64,000 bases of DNA from Syntrophales bacterium (GCA_035366835.1 DAOSIS010000008.1:38283-102282); one strand, 5' to 3'; shown: positions 34,302 through 44,079, counted from the stretch's first letter. Notes: generated from the sequence alone by a model not told the origin. Program-made: numbers and translations.

Positions 34302-35687
34302 ATGTCGGACATCAGCAGGGTCTTCAATACGGCGAAAGAGACGCTTCTCAGCAATCTGACCGCCATCAACATCACGAGCTCCAATATCGCCAACGTCAAC
34401 ACGGCGGGCTATTCACGCCTGAGGCCCGTCTTCGGATCCATCCGGCAGGCCGCCGCAGGGGTCGACTCGATCCAGGTGGGCGTCAGGATCACGAATGTCG
34501 AGCGGATCTACGACCGGTACCTGGAGGAGCAACTCGTCCGGCAGCAGGAGGAAGTGGGCTACAACGACATCCGCGAGGGGCTCCTGGGCAGGGTGGAAGA
34601 GATATTCAACGAGAGTTCCGCTCAAGGCCTGAATGACCTCATGAACCAATTCTGGGGCGCCTGGTCGGATCTGTCCGCCAATCCCTCCGACAAGGGGGTG
34701 CGGGACGTCCTCGCCTCGGCCGCAGGCAGCCTGGCTTCGGCCTTTCGCCAGTATTCCTCGGCCCTGAAGTCGCTGCAGACGGACGCCAACGAAGGCGTCG
34801 CCGATCAGGTTTCACAGTTGAATTCGTACCTTACGGACATGGCGGTATTGAACCAGCAGATCGTGCAGAGCGAGACCGGCGGGATGTCCGCGGACAACCT
34901 CAAGGATCAGAGGGCGGAGCTGCTGAAGACCATCGGCGCCCTCGCCGACATCCAGTATTTCGAGGGGGCGGACGGCGGCGTCAACATCTTCCTCGCGAAC
35001 GGGACGGCCCTCGTGCAGGGTGCCACGACCTTCCCGCTCATGGTGAAGGACGATCCGGCCAACGGCAATCTCTACAGCGTCGTTGCCGCCAGCGAGCCCG
35101 ATTTCTCCCTCAACGGCGCCATCAACGGGGGAAAGATCGGGGGATTCCTCCAGATCAGAGACGTCAAGATTCCGGAGTACGTGCAGAAGCTCGATGCCGT
35201 GGCCGCCACGGTGATCTCGGCGGTCAACGGCGCGCACCAGAGCGGATACGACGTCAACGGCGACCCCGGTGTCCCTTTCTTCCTGCCGGCGACGACGGCA
35301 GAGGGCATGACGCTGAATCCCGCAATCGAGGCCGATTCCGGAAAGATCGCCGCATCGGCGACGGTCAACGGAGACGGCGATCAGGCCAGAAAGATCTCGA
35401 CCCTCAAGGACGAACTCCTGATGAGCGGGGGCCGCGTTACGATCTCGAACTACTATTCTTCTTTCCTGGCGTCGGTGGGTCAGGACGCCGCCGAGGCGGC
35501 GCGCGCGGCGGAGCGGCAGCAGGCGATTTCCGCGCAGCTCGTCAGCCAGCGTGAATCGGTCTCCGGCGTCTCGCTGGACGAGGAGATGCTCAGCCTGATC
35601 AAGTATCAGGCCGGCTACAACGCCGCGGGCAAGCTGTGCGGCGTGGTCAACGAGATGCTCGATACGCTGATGGCGCTTGGGGATTAG
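34302..35687 (+). CDS. flgK: Hook-filament junction protein FlgK (HAP1)
   Basis: 461 aa from ATG 34302. N-motif LTAINITSSNIANVNTAGYSR and C-motif SGVSLDEEMLSLIKYQAGYNAAGKLCGVVNEMLDTLM. Confidence 0.9.
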   Translation: MSDISRVFNTAKETLLSNLTAINITSSNIANVNTAGYSRLRPVFGSIRQAAAGVDSIQVGVRITNVERIYDRYLEEQLVRQQEEVGYNDIREGLLGRVEEIFNESSAQGLNDLMNQFWGAWSDLSANPSDKGVRDVLASAAGSLASAFRQYSSALKSLQTDANEGVADQVSQLNSYLTDMAVLNQQIVQSETGGMSADNLKDQRAELLKTIGALADIQYFEGADGGVNIFLANGTALVQGATTFPLMVKDDPANGNLYSVVAASEPDFSLNGAINGGKIGGFLQIRDVKIPEYVQKLDAVAATVISAVNGAHQSGYDVNGDPGVPFFLPATTAEGMTLNPAIEADSGKIAASATVNGDGDQARKISTLKDELLMSGGRVTISNYYSSFLASVGQDAAEAARAAERQQAISAQLVSQRESVSGVSLDEEMLSLIKYQAGYNAAGKLCGVVNEMLDTLMALGD

Positions 35688-35723
35688 CGGCAACGGGATG
35701 GAGGCTGCGGAGAGGAGCGGGCG

Positions 35724-36923
35724 ATGATTACGAGGGTCACGGAACAGATGAAATACTTTCTCATGACCGAGAATCTGTTCAAGGTGCAGAACAAGAACGG
35801 ACGGCTCATGGAGCAGATGGCGTCGCAGAAGAGGATCAACCGCCCGTCCGACGACCCCCTGGGAACGAACACGGTCATGGACTTGCGGACGATGCGCGCG
35901 TCGCTCGAAAGCTATGGAAGGAACATTGAGAATGCCAAGGCCTGGCTCTCCGTAACGGAATCCAAGCTTTCATCGGCGGCGGACATCCTGCTCGCGGCAA
36001 AGGAGCTCAGCCTGTCCCAATCGAGCGCAACGGCCTCGGAAGCTTCACGAAAGAGCGCTGCCGCGACCGTGTCCTCCACCATCGATGCACTCCGCGCGCT
36101 CGCCAATTCCAAATTCGGCGGCCGTTATCTGTTCGCCGGCTCTTGTCCGGATGCAGATCCCTTTACCGCGGTTCCCGGCGCGGCTTCCATCGGGGCGGCC
36201 GAACCTTCCGCGGCCAACGTCTTTGACGGCGATGCCGTCACGTCGGGCACGTACACTGCGGACCGGAACAAGACCTACGCCGTCCGCATCGTTACCGGCG
36301 GGGCCCTTGCCGCAGCGACGTACCAGGTTTCCAGCGACGGCGGGAAGACATGGGGTGCGGTGAAGGCAGGCCTGGTCGGCGACGTCGCCATCGGCGACGG
36401 TGTGAACATCCGCTTCGAGGAGACGGGAACGGAACAACTGACGAGCGGCGATCTGTTCAGTCTGCAGGCCCTCACGGCCGGCTACTGCCGCGGCAACGGC
36501 GACGAACCCGCCGTCGAAATCGGGAAGGGAAACACGTTCCGGTACGGAATATCCGGCGAGAGCGTATTCACGGACAGGGACAGCGGCAATGTGGACGTCT
36601 TCACCGTGCTGGACAATCTGAAGACCGCCCTGGAGTCGAACGATGCGACGGGGATCGCGTCTCAGATCGATCTCCTGCAGGGCGGATACGATCAGATCGT
36701 CCGGAGCGTCTCCCGGTGCGGGAGCCGTGTGGAGATCCTGGAGACGGCCCAGAACAACTATTCCGCCCTGGACCTGCAATTGACGGAATTGATGTCGAAT
36801 GCCGAGGACACGGACGTTTCCCAGCTGCTGATCGAATACAACTCCCATGAGATCGCGCTGGAGGCCTGCTACTCCATGGCGGCGCAGATCGGAAACAATT
36901 CGATCATTCAGTTCTTGAAATGA
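35724..36923 (+). CDS. flgL: Hook-filament junction protein FlgL (HAP3)
   Basis: 399 aa with flagellin-like termini ([15 protein letters not shown] .. [38 protein letters not shown]). Confidence 0.85.
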   Translation: MITRVTEQMKYFLMTENLFKVQNKNGRLMEQMASQKRINRPSDDPLGTNTVMDLRTMRASLESYGRNIENAKAWLSVTESKLSSAADILLAAKELSLSQSSATASEASRKSAAATVSSTIDALRALANSKFGGRYLFAGSCPDADPFTAVPGAASIGAAEPSAANVFDGDAVTSGTYTADRNKTYAVRIVTGGALAAATYQVSSDGGKTWGAVKAGLVGDVAIGDGVNIRFEETGTEQLTSGDLFSLQALTAGYCRGNGDEPAVEIGKGNTFRYGISGESVFTDRDSGNVDVFTVLDNLKTALESNDATGIASQIDLLQGGYDQIVRSVSRCGSRVEILETAQNNYSALDLQLTELMSNAEDTDVSQLLIEYNSHEIALEACYSMAAQIGNNSIIQFLK

Positions 36924-36975
36924 TCCCGCGGCGAACGGCGGCGAGACCTTCGGCGGAAAACTGGCGGAGACCGGT

Positions 36976-37242
36976 ATGCTGATCCTGACAAGGAAGTTGG
37001 GGGAGAAGATTCAGATCGGGGACGACATCAGGATATCGTTCCTGGAGGTGAGGGGCAAACAGGTCAAGGTGGGTGTCGAGGCGCCCGGCTCCGTGACCGT
37101 GCACCGCGAAGAGGTCTATCGGGTCATCCAGGACCAGAACAGGAACGCGGCGTTGTTGAATGCCGGCGAACTGCCGGACATGATGGACAGGCTGCACCGG
37201 ATCGTCGGTGGGAAAAAGGATGCAGGGGAGGTTGGGCGGTGA
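36976..37242 (+). CDS. csrA: Carbon storage/translation regulator CsrA (flagellar type with a C-terminal extension)
   Basis: [48 protein letters not shown] is a near-textbook CsrA. It carries a tail of about 30 aa and is ATGA-type coupled to fliW. Confidence 0.95.
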   Translation: MLILTRKLGEKIQIGDDIRISFLEVRGKQVKVGVEAPGSVTVHREEVYRVIQDQNRNAALLNAGELPDMMDRLHRIVGGKKDAGEVGR

Positions 37243-37733
37243 AGATCACGACAAGCCGTTTTGGGACGATCGACGTGGATTTCTCCAAGGTCATCGAGAT
37301 GAAGGGGCCGATTCTCGGGTTCGAGCGGCTGAGAAAATTCGCCCTGATCCGGCACGACAGCCAAAGTCCCTTCTGGTGGCTCCAGTCTGCGGAAGACGGC
37401 ACGGTTGCCTTCGTCGTGGTCGATCCCTTCATGGTGAAGATGGATTACGAGCCGGTCATCGGCGATGACGACATCCGCCTCCTCGAGATCGCCAGTCCGG
37501 CCGACGTGCTCGTGCTTGCGATCGTGACGATCCGCAAGGAGCCCTTCGCGGCGACGGTGAATCTCCGTGCGCCGGTTATCGTCCATGCGGCCAAGCGGAT
37601 CGCCAAGCAGATTGTCCTGGAAACCTATCCCGTTCAATACGCCCTGACGGAAACATCCCCGCAGGCGGGAACGGCCGTGCCCAGGGACTCCCGCCAGTCC
37701 GGGGAAGGGCGCGAAGCGGTGTCCGGGAGATAG
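37239..37733 (+). CDS. fliW: Flagellar assembly factor FliW (CsrA antagonist)
   Basis: 164 aa with the FliW pattern [57 protein letters not shown]. Confidence 0.9.
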   Translation: MKITTSRFGTIDVDFSKVIEMKGPILGFERLRKFALIRHDSQSPFWWLQSAEDGTVAFVVVDPFMVKMDYEPVIGDDDIRLLEIASPADVLVLAIVTIRKEPFAATVNLRAPVIVHAAKRIAKQIVLETYPVQYALTETSPQAGTAVPRDSRQSGEGREAVSGR

Positions 37734-37919
37734 TCTTTTCTTAAAGCCAGATCTTCGGTATCCGCCTCATCCATTGGAAATCATAAAGAATGATTGCGCG
37801 TTCTGCCGGAGTGCACGCAGGGGGTTCCCGATGCGTTGTGACAGGGCCGGGCGTCATGGACAATGGAAGATGGCGGAGAAGAAAAGAAGCAGGACTTCCG
37901 GGCCGCCCGGTGTGTCTTG

Positions 37920-38282
37920 TCAGACGGAAGCGTTGAAGAGGAGGCCGATCAGTTCGTCGAACTTCATGGAAAGATGCTGAAGTTCTTTCGGCGGAATCTC
38001 ACGGACGACCTTGCCCGTTTCCTTGTCCACCACCTGGATGGCGATCCGTTCGTTGTTCTTGCCGTAGGTGGAGAAATTCAGGCTCAGGTTCATGGTGTTG
38101 AACTGGTTCCGAATTTCTTCGATCATCCGCTGGATCGCCGCGTTGTCGGGTTCGGCTTGCACCGGAGGCGGGGAGTCCTGCGGTTCCTGTGCCGGTGCCG
38201 GTTCACGGGCGGACAATGCCTGTGCCGGCGGAAGATGCTCGACGGCGCTTACGGGACTTGCTGGTACACTGCCGACATTCAT
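37920..38282 (-). CDS. flaG: Flagellar protein FlaG
   Basis: 120 aa with a FlaG C-terminal pattern (LNFSTYGKNNERIAIQVVDKETGKVVREIPPKELQHLSMKFDELIGLLFN). Confidence 0.85.
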   Translation of the reverse strand: MNVGSVPASPVSAVEHLPPAQALSAREPAPAQEPQDSPPPVQAEPDNAAIQRMIEEIRNQFNTMNLSLNFSTYGKNNERIAIQVVDKETGKVVREIPPKELQHLSMKFDELIGLLFNASV

Positions 38283-38314
38283 CGTCTCGGATCACCTCCC
38301 TTCCCTCAGTTTTA

Positions 38315-38342
38315 TAATCGGCCGGCGGCGGAATAAACTTTA
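38315..38342 (-). promoter_or_regulatory. Sigma28 promoter of flaG
   Basis: The minus strand reads TAAAGTTT-N12-GCCGATTA. The -10 element lies 33 nt upstream of the flaG ATG. Confidence 0.6.
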
Positions 38343-38369
38343 GTTCGCGAAACCTTCCGGATCCCGGCT

Positions 38370-38822
38370 TCAGGACCGGACGTCCACGAAGCGCGGCACG
38401 CGGTTCCGGGCGTCCGGATAGCTGCTGAAAGCAGGGCCGGCAGGACGCATTGCGGCCACGGCTTCCCTCGCCTTTTCACAGGCAGACTGAAGGATCTCCT
38501 CGCACTGGCCGTTCCTGTCGATGCAGGCCCGAATGAGCCGGGCAATGCGGCTGCGCTCGGCATTCCCGATCGCGGCTGGCGCGGCGTCCCCTGCCGTGGA
38601 CTTCCGCGCTTTTCCCTCCCTGCGGGAGGCGCGGAACCCGGCGAGGGTGTCGATCCGGTCCATCCACAACTGCCGTTCATTCAGAAGGCCCGCCACATCC
38701 TCGGTTTCACCCCTGCGGAGGCATGCCTCGATGCGCTCCGTAAGCTCGAGCACCTTTCGAAAGGCGTCGGCCTTCCGTTCAGAAGGATCCGTATGGACGG
38801 GTGTCGTCCGATCGGTCTCCAT
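38370..38822 (-). CDS. Hypothetical helical protein in the FliT position (putative FliD chaperone)
   Basis: 150 aa directly downstream of fliS. Helical, with RKVLELTERIEACLRRGETEDVAGLLNERQLWMDRI resembling FliT/FlgN-type chaperones. The assignment is positional. Confidence 0.4.
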   Translation of the reverse strand: METDRTTPVHTDPSERKADAFRKVLELTERIEACLRRGETEDVAGLLNERQLWMDRIDTLAGFRASRREGKARKSTAGDAAPAAIGNAERSRIARLIRACIDRNGQCEEILQSACEKAREAVAAMRPAGPAFSSYPDARNRVPRFVDVRS

Positions 38823-38840
38823 CGCTCCTCCGGAAATGGG

Positions 38841-39341
38841 TCAGGCGCTGATCGCCGCGGGTGCCCTGTAAGCCACGGTGGACAGACGGGTGCCCGCTTC
38901 CTCGGCGGCTGTTTCCGTGCGGCCGTAGAAGATCTCCTTCCAGGCCGATTCCAGATCCTCCAGCATGGCAACGACTTCGTCGATCCCCTGGAGGTCCTTG
39001 CGGAGATCAGCGTCCAGCAGACGGCGATTCATGTATGCATAGAGGGCGTCGAGGTTCCGGGCGATCTCGCCGCCTCGTTCGAAATCCAAGGCGTTGCGGA
39101 GCTCGCAAATCACATCGAGGGCCTTCTGAAGGGCGTTGGCCTTCACCTCAAACTCACCGGATTCATAACAAGACCGCGCCAGTCTGAGGTTGCCGATGAC
39201 GCTCTCGTAACACAGAATCACCAGCCGCTTGGGATCCGCCGTCACCACTTCCATCCGTCTGTAGTCTTTCGCGCCGTTTCCAAACATGGACTTCTTCTCC
39301 TTCATCGAAATGAGCCGGCCCTGTTCCCGTCCTGCCGGCAT
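38841..39341 (-). CDS. fliS: Flagellin-specific chaperone FliS
   Basis: 166 aa with the FliS four-helix pattern (PKRLVILCYESVIGNLRLA.., ALQKALDVICELRNALDFERGGEIARNLDALYAYMNRRLLDA). TAATG overlap with the fliD stop. Confidence 0.9.
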   Translation of the reverse strand: MPAGREQGRLISMKEKKSMFGNGAKDYRRMEVVTADPKRLVILCYESVIGNLRLARSCYESGEFEVKANALQKALDVICELRNALDFERGGEIARNLDALYAYMNRRLLDADLRKDLQGIDEVVAMLEDLESAWKEIFYGRTETAAEEAGTRLSTVAYRAPAAISA

Positions 39342-42340
39342 TATGAATTGTTATTCAACGCATCGAGCTGGCTTGACAGCCAGCTTCCCTGGCTCTGGAT
39401 CTTGCTCAGGGCGGTCTCCATCCGGACGAAACGGTTGATCATGGCCTCCCGCTTGCGCTCGAGCAGGGCCTCCATCCGGGAAATCTGCGTCTCGAAGGCT
39501 TCGATCCGGTCCCGGAGCGAGGTCTGCTTGAAGCCGACATAGCCGTTATCGGCGTCCGTGATGAGGGAAAGCTGTCTCTCCAGGAGATCGGCGATTCCCA
39601 GCGTCATGTTGAATGTGGTGGAGGATGCATCCGTTCCCGTGTAGAGGATCGACAGGCCGTCGGCGCTGTTGCCGTCGGCGTCAAGTGTAAGGGACTGACC
39701 GTTTCCGGTTGCCGCCGCGCCGTTGATCGTCCCCGCCACGTTGACGCCGTACACCTGGGATGCGTCGTTCAATCCCAGCTCTGTTCCGCCGGTTTCGGAA
39801 ACGACGATGGGATGGCCGGTGCCGTACTCGTTGTGGGTGAGGAGCAGGCGGCTGTCGGCCGTCCTGGACGCCGTGATCGTCATGGCGTTTCGTCCTTCCG
39901 TCACGGCGGCGATCGTACCGAAGTCGAGCCCCGAGACGGAGGCGGTGTTCAGGGTCAGTTCGAGAAGGCTGTCGCCCGTGGACCGGTCCGTGACGACGAG
40001 CTTGCCGGCGGCGTTCAGCGTCACCGTCGCCTCCTCGTCGAAGAAGCCCTCGACGGTCGAGAGCAGATCCTGAAGCGTATCGTTCGTGTCTACCGTGTAG
40101 CTTCCGGAAAAGCCCAGGCCGTTCGGCCTCTTGCCGCTGAAGGTGATGATGTCGCCGTTGTCGGCGCCGGAAATTGCCGAGAAGCTCGTTGCAGCGGAAA
40201 ATCCCGTCTCGACGCTTCCTTCGAGAACCTCCGTACAGGACTTGGCAAGCTCGGAGTTGACGGCGTTGACGATGTCGTCGAGATCCATGCCCGCCGCCAG
40301 CGACACCTGCGCCGCCCGCCCCGACGCGTAGTCTGTGATCGAGATCGTCTCGGGTGCGGTCAGCGTCCCGGCGAGGACCGCCGAGCCCGTCACCGTCGTG
40401 CGGGTTGCCGCCTGCGTGACGGAAACGGCATAAGCGCCGCCCTCCGTCGCGGGGGTATGGCTCACGTACTGGAACGCGGAATTGGCGGCCGACCCGGCTG
40501 CAACGAAGAGTTTCTTCACTTCGTCGAAGTTCGTTTCCAGCGCATTCGTCAGGACCGTCGTGTCGGTAACCAGCTGGGCCTGATCGTTGAAGGCGATTCC
40601 CACCAGTGACAGCCGGTTGTAGCCGCCCGAGAGGCCCGTGACGCTCCGGGTCACGATGCCGATGAGTTCCGTTTTTACGGAGGACAGTGTGCCGTCGCCG
40701 AAGAGAATGCCGCCCGTCGACTTTGCTTCTTCGTCGTAGCTGAACTGCGTGCTGATATACGACATGATCGCGTTATAGGAAGTGACCATGCCCTGGATCT
40801 TCGAGCGGATGGAATCGATGTCCCGTTCGATCTTGAGCGTGACCGTCGTTGCCTCGTTTGTGCCCTTGAGGTCGATGGTCACTCCCGCGATGGCGCCGGT
40901 GACGGTATTGGATGCGGAGGTGAGGACGACGCTGTCGAGTTCGATCTCGGCGTCCTCGCCTGCCGCCAGCTGCATGTTTCTGCCTTCCGTGCTGGTGGAA
41001 ACGGTCCCGAAGTCGAGGCTGCCCCCGGCGGGGTTGTTCGTGACGAGGTCGATCTCGAGCCGGCTGTCGCCGGTCGTATTGTCCGTGACCTGGATCTTCC
41101 CGGCGGCGTCGATCGTGGCCGTGACCGTTCCCGAGAACAGGGTGTCTTCGATGTACGTCAACAGCTCACCGACCTGGGCCGAGGTCGAGGAAATCGTGAA
41201 AGATCCCGAGACGGCGGCGCCGTCATGCTTCCGGCCCGTCACCGTGAAGGAAGTGCCGGCCTGGACATTGGCCCCGTAGATCTGATCCCATTGCGTCGTC
41301 GACGAGATGGCGGCTGCCCCGTCGGTCGTGTTGGCCTTGCCTCCCGTCAGGACTTCGGCGATGGTGCCGTAGGTCCCCTTGAGGATCCCGAGGCTCTGGA
41401 GGACGTTGCCGTTGTCCAGGAAGGAAGTCGTGCCGCTGATATCGATGCGGTATTTCGTTTCGCCGTCGGCGGTGTCCGCGACGACGGAGGCCGAGATCCC
41501 GGCCAGGGCGTCGATGTCGGCTGCGATCGTCGTGATCGACTGTGTCGCGAGATTGATCGTCACCGCCTGGCCGCCGATCGTCACGGAGACGCCGCCGGGC
41601 GGGCTCGTCAACCCCAGGAGGGAACCCACGGCGGTGTTGGAATCCACGAAGAGATCGCTCATCGCCCCGTCGCTCGTCGTGTTCTTGATCGTCGTGGTCG
41701 TCGAGACGAGGCCGAGATTGCCGAGCGCGTTCCCCGCGGAGGCCTCCAGAACGCTGATTCCCTCTGCGCCGGTTTCGTCGCTCGTCAGCACCAGGTGGTA
41801 GTCCGTCGAGGAATGGGAGACGATGCTGGCCGTCACCCGCGAGGGAGCGCTTCCCGTGTTGACGGCGTTCATCTTGTTCCTGATGTCGGTCAGGGTGTCC
41901 GTTGCGACGATGTTGACCACTTTTCCCGCGATCAGGATATCGCCGGCAATCGAGAGGGCCGTATCGGTTGACGTGAAGGCGGAGGAGGAAATTTTTTCCG
42001 CCTGGGCCAGTCGGTTCACCTTGAGGCTGAACGTGCCGGATGCGGCTGCAGAGTCCGTCGAGACGGAGAGCAGGTCCGCGGCGGCCGTGCCCGTGTTGGA
42101 AGCGAGGGCCGTGCGGAAGACGTCGAAGGCCGTCGAAGACGACAGGGCCGCTGCGGACGTCTTGAGGGCGAGCAGCTTCGTGTTGACCCCCTGCCACTCC
42201 GTCAGTTTGTTCTCATATTCGGTTTTCTTGTCGGAAACGAGGTCGACGCGCTGGTGCTCCAGGGCGATCAGCTGCTCGACCATGCCCGACCAGTCGAAGC
42301 CGCTGCTCAAACCGCTGACGAGATTGGTGCTCACGGCCAT
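39341..42340 (-). CDS. fliD: Filament cap protein FliD (HAP2), unusually large
   Basis: 999 aa. FliD N-terminus (GLSSGFDWSGMVEQLIALEHQRVDLVSDKKTEYENKLTEWQ), FliD_C-like segment (GILFGDGTLSSVK..LVTDTTVLTNALETNFDEVKKLF) and a terminal coiled coil. It also carries large inserts with a duplicated domain. Confidence 0.9.
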   Translation of the reverse strand: MAVSTNLVSGLSSGFDWSGMVEQLIALEHQRVDLVSDKKTEYENKLTEWQGVNTKLLALKTSAAALSSSTAFDVFRTALASNTGTAAADLLSVSTDSAAASGTFSLKVNRLAQAEKISSSAFTSTDTALSIAGDILIAGKVVNIVATDTLTDIRNKMNAVNTGSAPSRVTASIVSHSSTDYHLVLTSDETGAEGISVLEASAGNALGNLGLVSTTTTIKNTTSDGAMSDLFVDSNTAVGSLLGLTSPPGGVSVTIGGQAVTINLATQSITTIAADIDALAGISASVVADTADGETKYRIDISGTTSFLDNGNVLQSLGILKGTYGTIAEVLTGGKANTTDGAAAISSTTQWDQIYGANVQAGTSFTVTGRKHDGAAVSGSFTISSTSAQVGELLTYIEDTLFSGTVTATIDAAGKIQVTDNTTGDSRLEIDLVTNNPAGGSLDFGTVSTSTEGRNMQLAAGEDAEIELDSVVLTSASNTVTGAIAGVTIDLKGTNEATTVTLKIERDIDSIRSKIQGMVTSYNAIMSYISTQFSYDEEAKSTGGILFGDGTLSSVKTELIGIVTRSVTGLSGGYNRLSLVGIAFNDQAQLVTDTTVLTNALETNFDEVKKLFVAAGSAANSAFQYVSHTPATEGGAYAVSVTQAATRTTVTGSAVLAGTLTAPETISITDYASGRAAQVSLAAGMDLDDIVNAVNSELAKSCTEVLEGSVETGFSAATSFSAISGADNGDIITFSGKRPNGLGFSGSYTVDTNDTLQDLLSTVEGFFDEEATVTLNAAGKLVVTDRSTGDSLLELTLNTASVSGLDFGTIAAVTEGRNAMTITASRTADSRLLLTHNEYGTGHPIVVSETGGTELGLNDASQVYGVNVAGTINGAAATGNGQSLTLDADGNSADGLSILYTGTDASSTTFNMTLGIADLLERQLSLITDADNGYVGFKQTSLRDRIEAFETQISRMEALLERKREAMINRFVRMETALSKIQSQGSWLSSQLDALNNNS

Positions 42341-42432
42341 GAAACATCCTCCTGGCCCGGGCCTGCCCGGCCTTTGACGCGGCTCGCCGGATGCTGGTTT
42401 CCGGTTGTTTCGCCGCCGGTCTCTGCCTTTTT

Positions 42433-42461
42433 CTATCGGAAAAGAATGCCTGAAACTTTAA
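42433..42461 (-). promoter_or_regulatory. Sigma28 promoter of fliD-fliS-(fliT)
   Basis: The minus strand reads TAAAGTTT-N12-TCCGATAG, about 90 nt upstream of the fliD ATG. Confidence 0.6.
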
Positions 42462-42509
42462 CTACTTCCTTGAGAAAGCAAGAAACCAGCCAGGACAAGA
42501 CCAAGGAGG

Positions 42510-42553
42510 AAAAAAGGGGCGGTCCCGCCCCCTTTCGGAGAGACGGGACCGCC
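42510..42553 (-). terminator. Intrinsic terminator of fliC
   Basis: Minus-strand RNA GGGGCG-GGAC-CGCCCC followed by UUUUUU (42510-42532). An alternative longer 9-bp stem is GGCGGUCCC(42553-42545)/GGGACCGCC(42526-42518). It lies 35-75 nt after the fliC stop. Confidence 0.85.
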
Positions 42554-42586
42554 GCGGTAAGGATCACCAGGAACCCGGGATTCCTC

Positions 42587-44017
42587 CTACTGGAGCAGCG
42601 ACAGGATGAGCTGCGGGGCCTGGTTGGCCTGCGCCAGCATCGCCATGCCGGCCTGCATCAGGATCTGGTTCTTGGTGAAGGTTGTCATTTCCGACGCCAT
42701 GTCGACGTCGCGGATCACCGACTCCGCAGCCGCCGTATTCTCGATCGACGTTGCGAGGTTCGCCGCAGCGTAGGACAGCCGGTTCATGGAGGCGCCGATG
42801 TCGGCTCGGCGGGAGGCCAGCGTGCTGATGGCGCTGTCCACCAGGTCGAGCATGCCCTGGGCTTCCGTCGCGGTATCGAGGTAGTCGAAGCTCAGCCCCA
42901 GGCCGCTCGCCGAAGAACCGACGACGTTGCCGACGCTCAGGGAGATGCGGTTGTTGCTGTCGTTGTTCGCCCCGATCTGGAAGGTGGACCCGCTGCCCGT
43001 GGAGCTGACCACGAAGCTGATGCCCTCGAGGTCGTTCTCGGTGTAGTTGGTGCCCAGGTTGAAGGAGATGCCCAGCGCGTCGAAGTTCAACGCCGCGGCC
43101 GTGCCCGGCGTGATGTCGGAGATCGTCTGCGACACCGTCCCGTTGCCGAGCGTGACGGAGCCGTCCGCCGCCGCCGCAAAGGTCCACGTGCCCGTTGCCG
43201 CTCCCGCGACATTCAGGCCGGTGACGCCGGTATCCTTGACGACGAGCTGAGCCGCACTCCACGCATCGTCGCTGACGGAGCAATTGACCGTCAAGGTGAT
43301 GCCCAGGTTTGCGAAGTTCAGCGTCATCGCGCTGGAGCACCCGTCGATCGAGGCCGTCATGGTGATTTCTTCCCTGACGGAGCCGTTGTAGATGGCGACG
43401 TGCGTTGCATCGGAAGAACTGAACGTCCAGGTGCCGGCGGTCAGCGTCGAGGGCAGCGTACTGACCGTGAGACCCATCGCCGTCATACCTGCCACGGTTC
43501 CGCTGACTGCGCAGTACACGAAGGCCATGTCGCCATAGACCTTGATGTTCGCATCGCCGCCCGTATAGCTGGCTGCCGTCTTGGCGGCCCCGAAGGTGCC
43601 ATCCAGGAGGTTCGTGCTGCCGTACTTGGTCGCGTTGGCGATCCGGTCGATTTCGGAGATCAGCGCGTTTCCTTCCGCGTTCAGTTTGACGCGCTCGCTG
43701 GTTCCGACGTTGGCCGAAGAGGCCTGGGTGGCCAGTTCCTTCAACCGGGTCAGCATGTTTTCGATCTGTTCCATACCGCCTTCGGCCACCTGCAACAGCG
43801 CATTCGCTTCCGAGGTGTTGCGCGAAGCAACCTTGAAGCTCGCGATGTTGGCGCGGAAACCCGAAGAAATGGCCAAGCCCGCCGCATCGTCGGCGGCCTT
43901 GTTGATCCGGTAACCGGACGAGAGCCTCTCCAGTGACTTGGACATGCCGGAGTCGGAGATGCTCAACTGACGATGCGCATTCATTGCCGCGATGTTGTTC
44001 TGAATTCGAAGACCCAT
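42587..44017 (-). CDS. fliC: Flagellin
   Basis: 476 aa. Conserved N-terminus (MGLRIQNNIAAMNAHRQLS..LERLSSGYRINKAADDAAGLAIS) and C-terminus (SVIRDVDMASEMTTFTKNQILMQAGMAMLAQANQAPQLILSLLQ). The central domain is S/T-rich. Confidence 0.97.
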   Translation of the reverse strand: MGLRIQNNIAAMNAHRQLSISDSGMSKSLERLSSGYRINKAADDAAGLAISSGFRANIASFKVASRNTSEANALLQVAEGGMEQIENMLTRLKELATQASSANVGTSERVKLNAEGNALISEIDRIANATKYGSTNLLDGTFGAAKTAASYTGGDANIKVYGDMAFVYCAVSGTVAGMTAMGLTVSTLPSTLTAGTWTFSSSDATHVAIYNGSVREEITMTASIDGCSSAMTLNFANLGITLTVNCSVSDDAWSAAQLVVKDTGVTGLNVAGAATGTWTFAAAADGSVTLGNGTVSQTISDITPGTAAALNFDALGISFNLGTNYTENDLEGISFVVSSTGSGSTFQIGANNDSNNRISLSVGNVVGSSASGLGLSFDYLDTATEAQGMLDLVDSAISTLASRRADIGASMNRLSYAAANLATSIENTAAAESVIRDVDMASEMTTFTKNQILMQAGMAMLAQANQAPQLILSLLQ

Positions 44018-44024
44018 ACCCTTT

Positions 44025-44079
44025 CATCCTCCTTGATGTATTTCCCGTCGCCTGTCCGGCGCTCCGGGTTTTTCCGGCT
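44025..44079 (-). promoter_or_regulatory. fliC 5' leader with two CsrA-type GGA sites
   Basis: Site at the SD: ACAUCAAGGAGGAUGAAAGGGU-AUG (44025-44035). Upstream hairpin CCGGC-AAGGAA-GCCGG presents GGA in its loop (44064-44079). Confidence 0.55.

Noticed and set aside
37734-37919. A bidirectional terminator in the convergent fliW/flaG gap (CCGGGCCGCCCGG at 37898-37910; ATCAT-AAAGA-ATGAT near 37781).
   Set aside because: The stems are only 5 bp with tiny loops and no adjacent U-tract on either strand. This is not enough to call a terminator.
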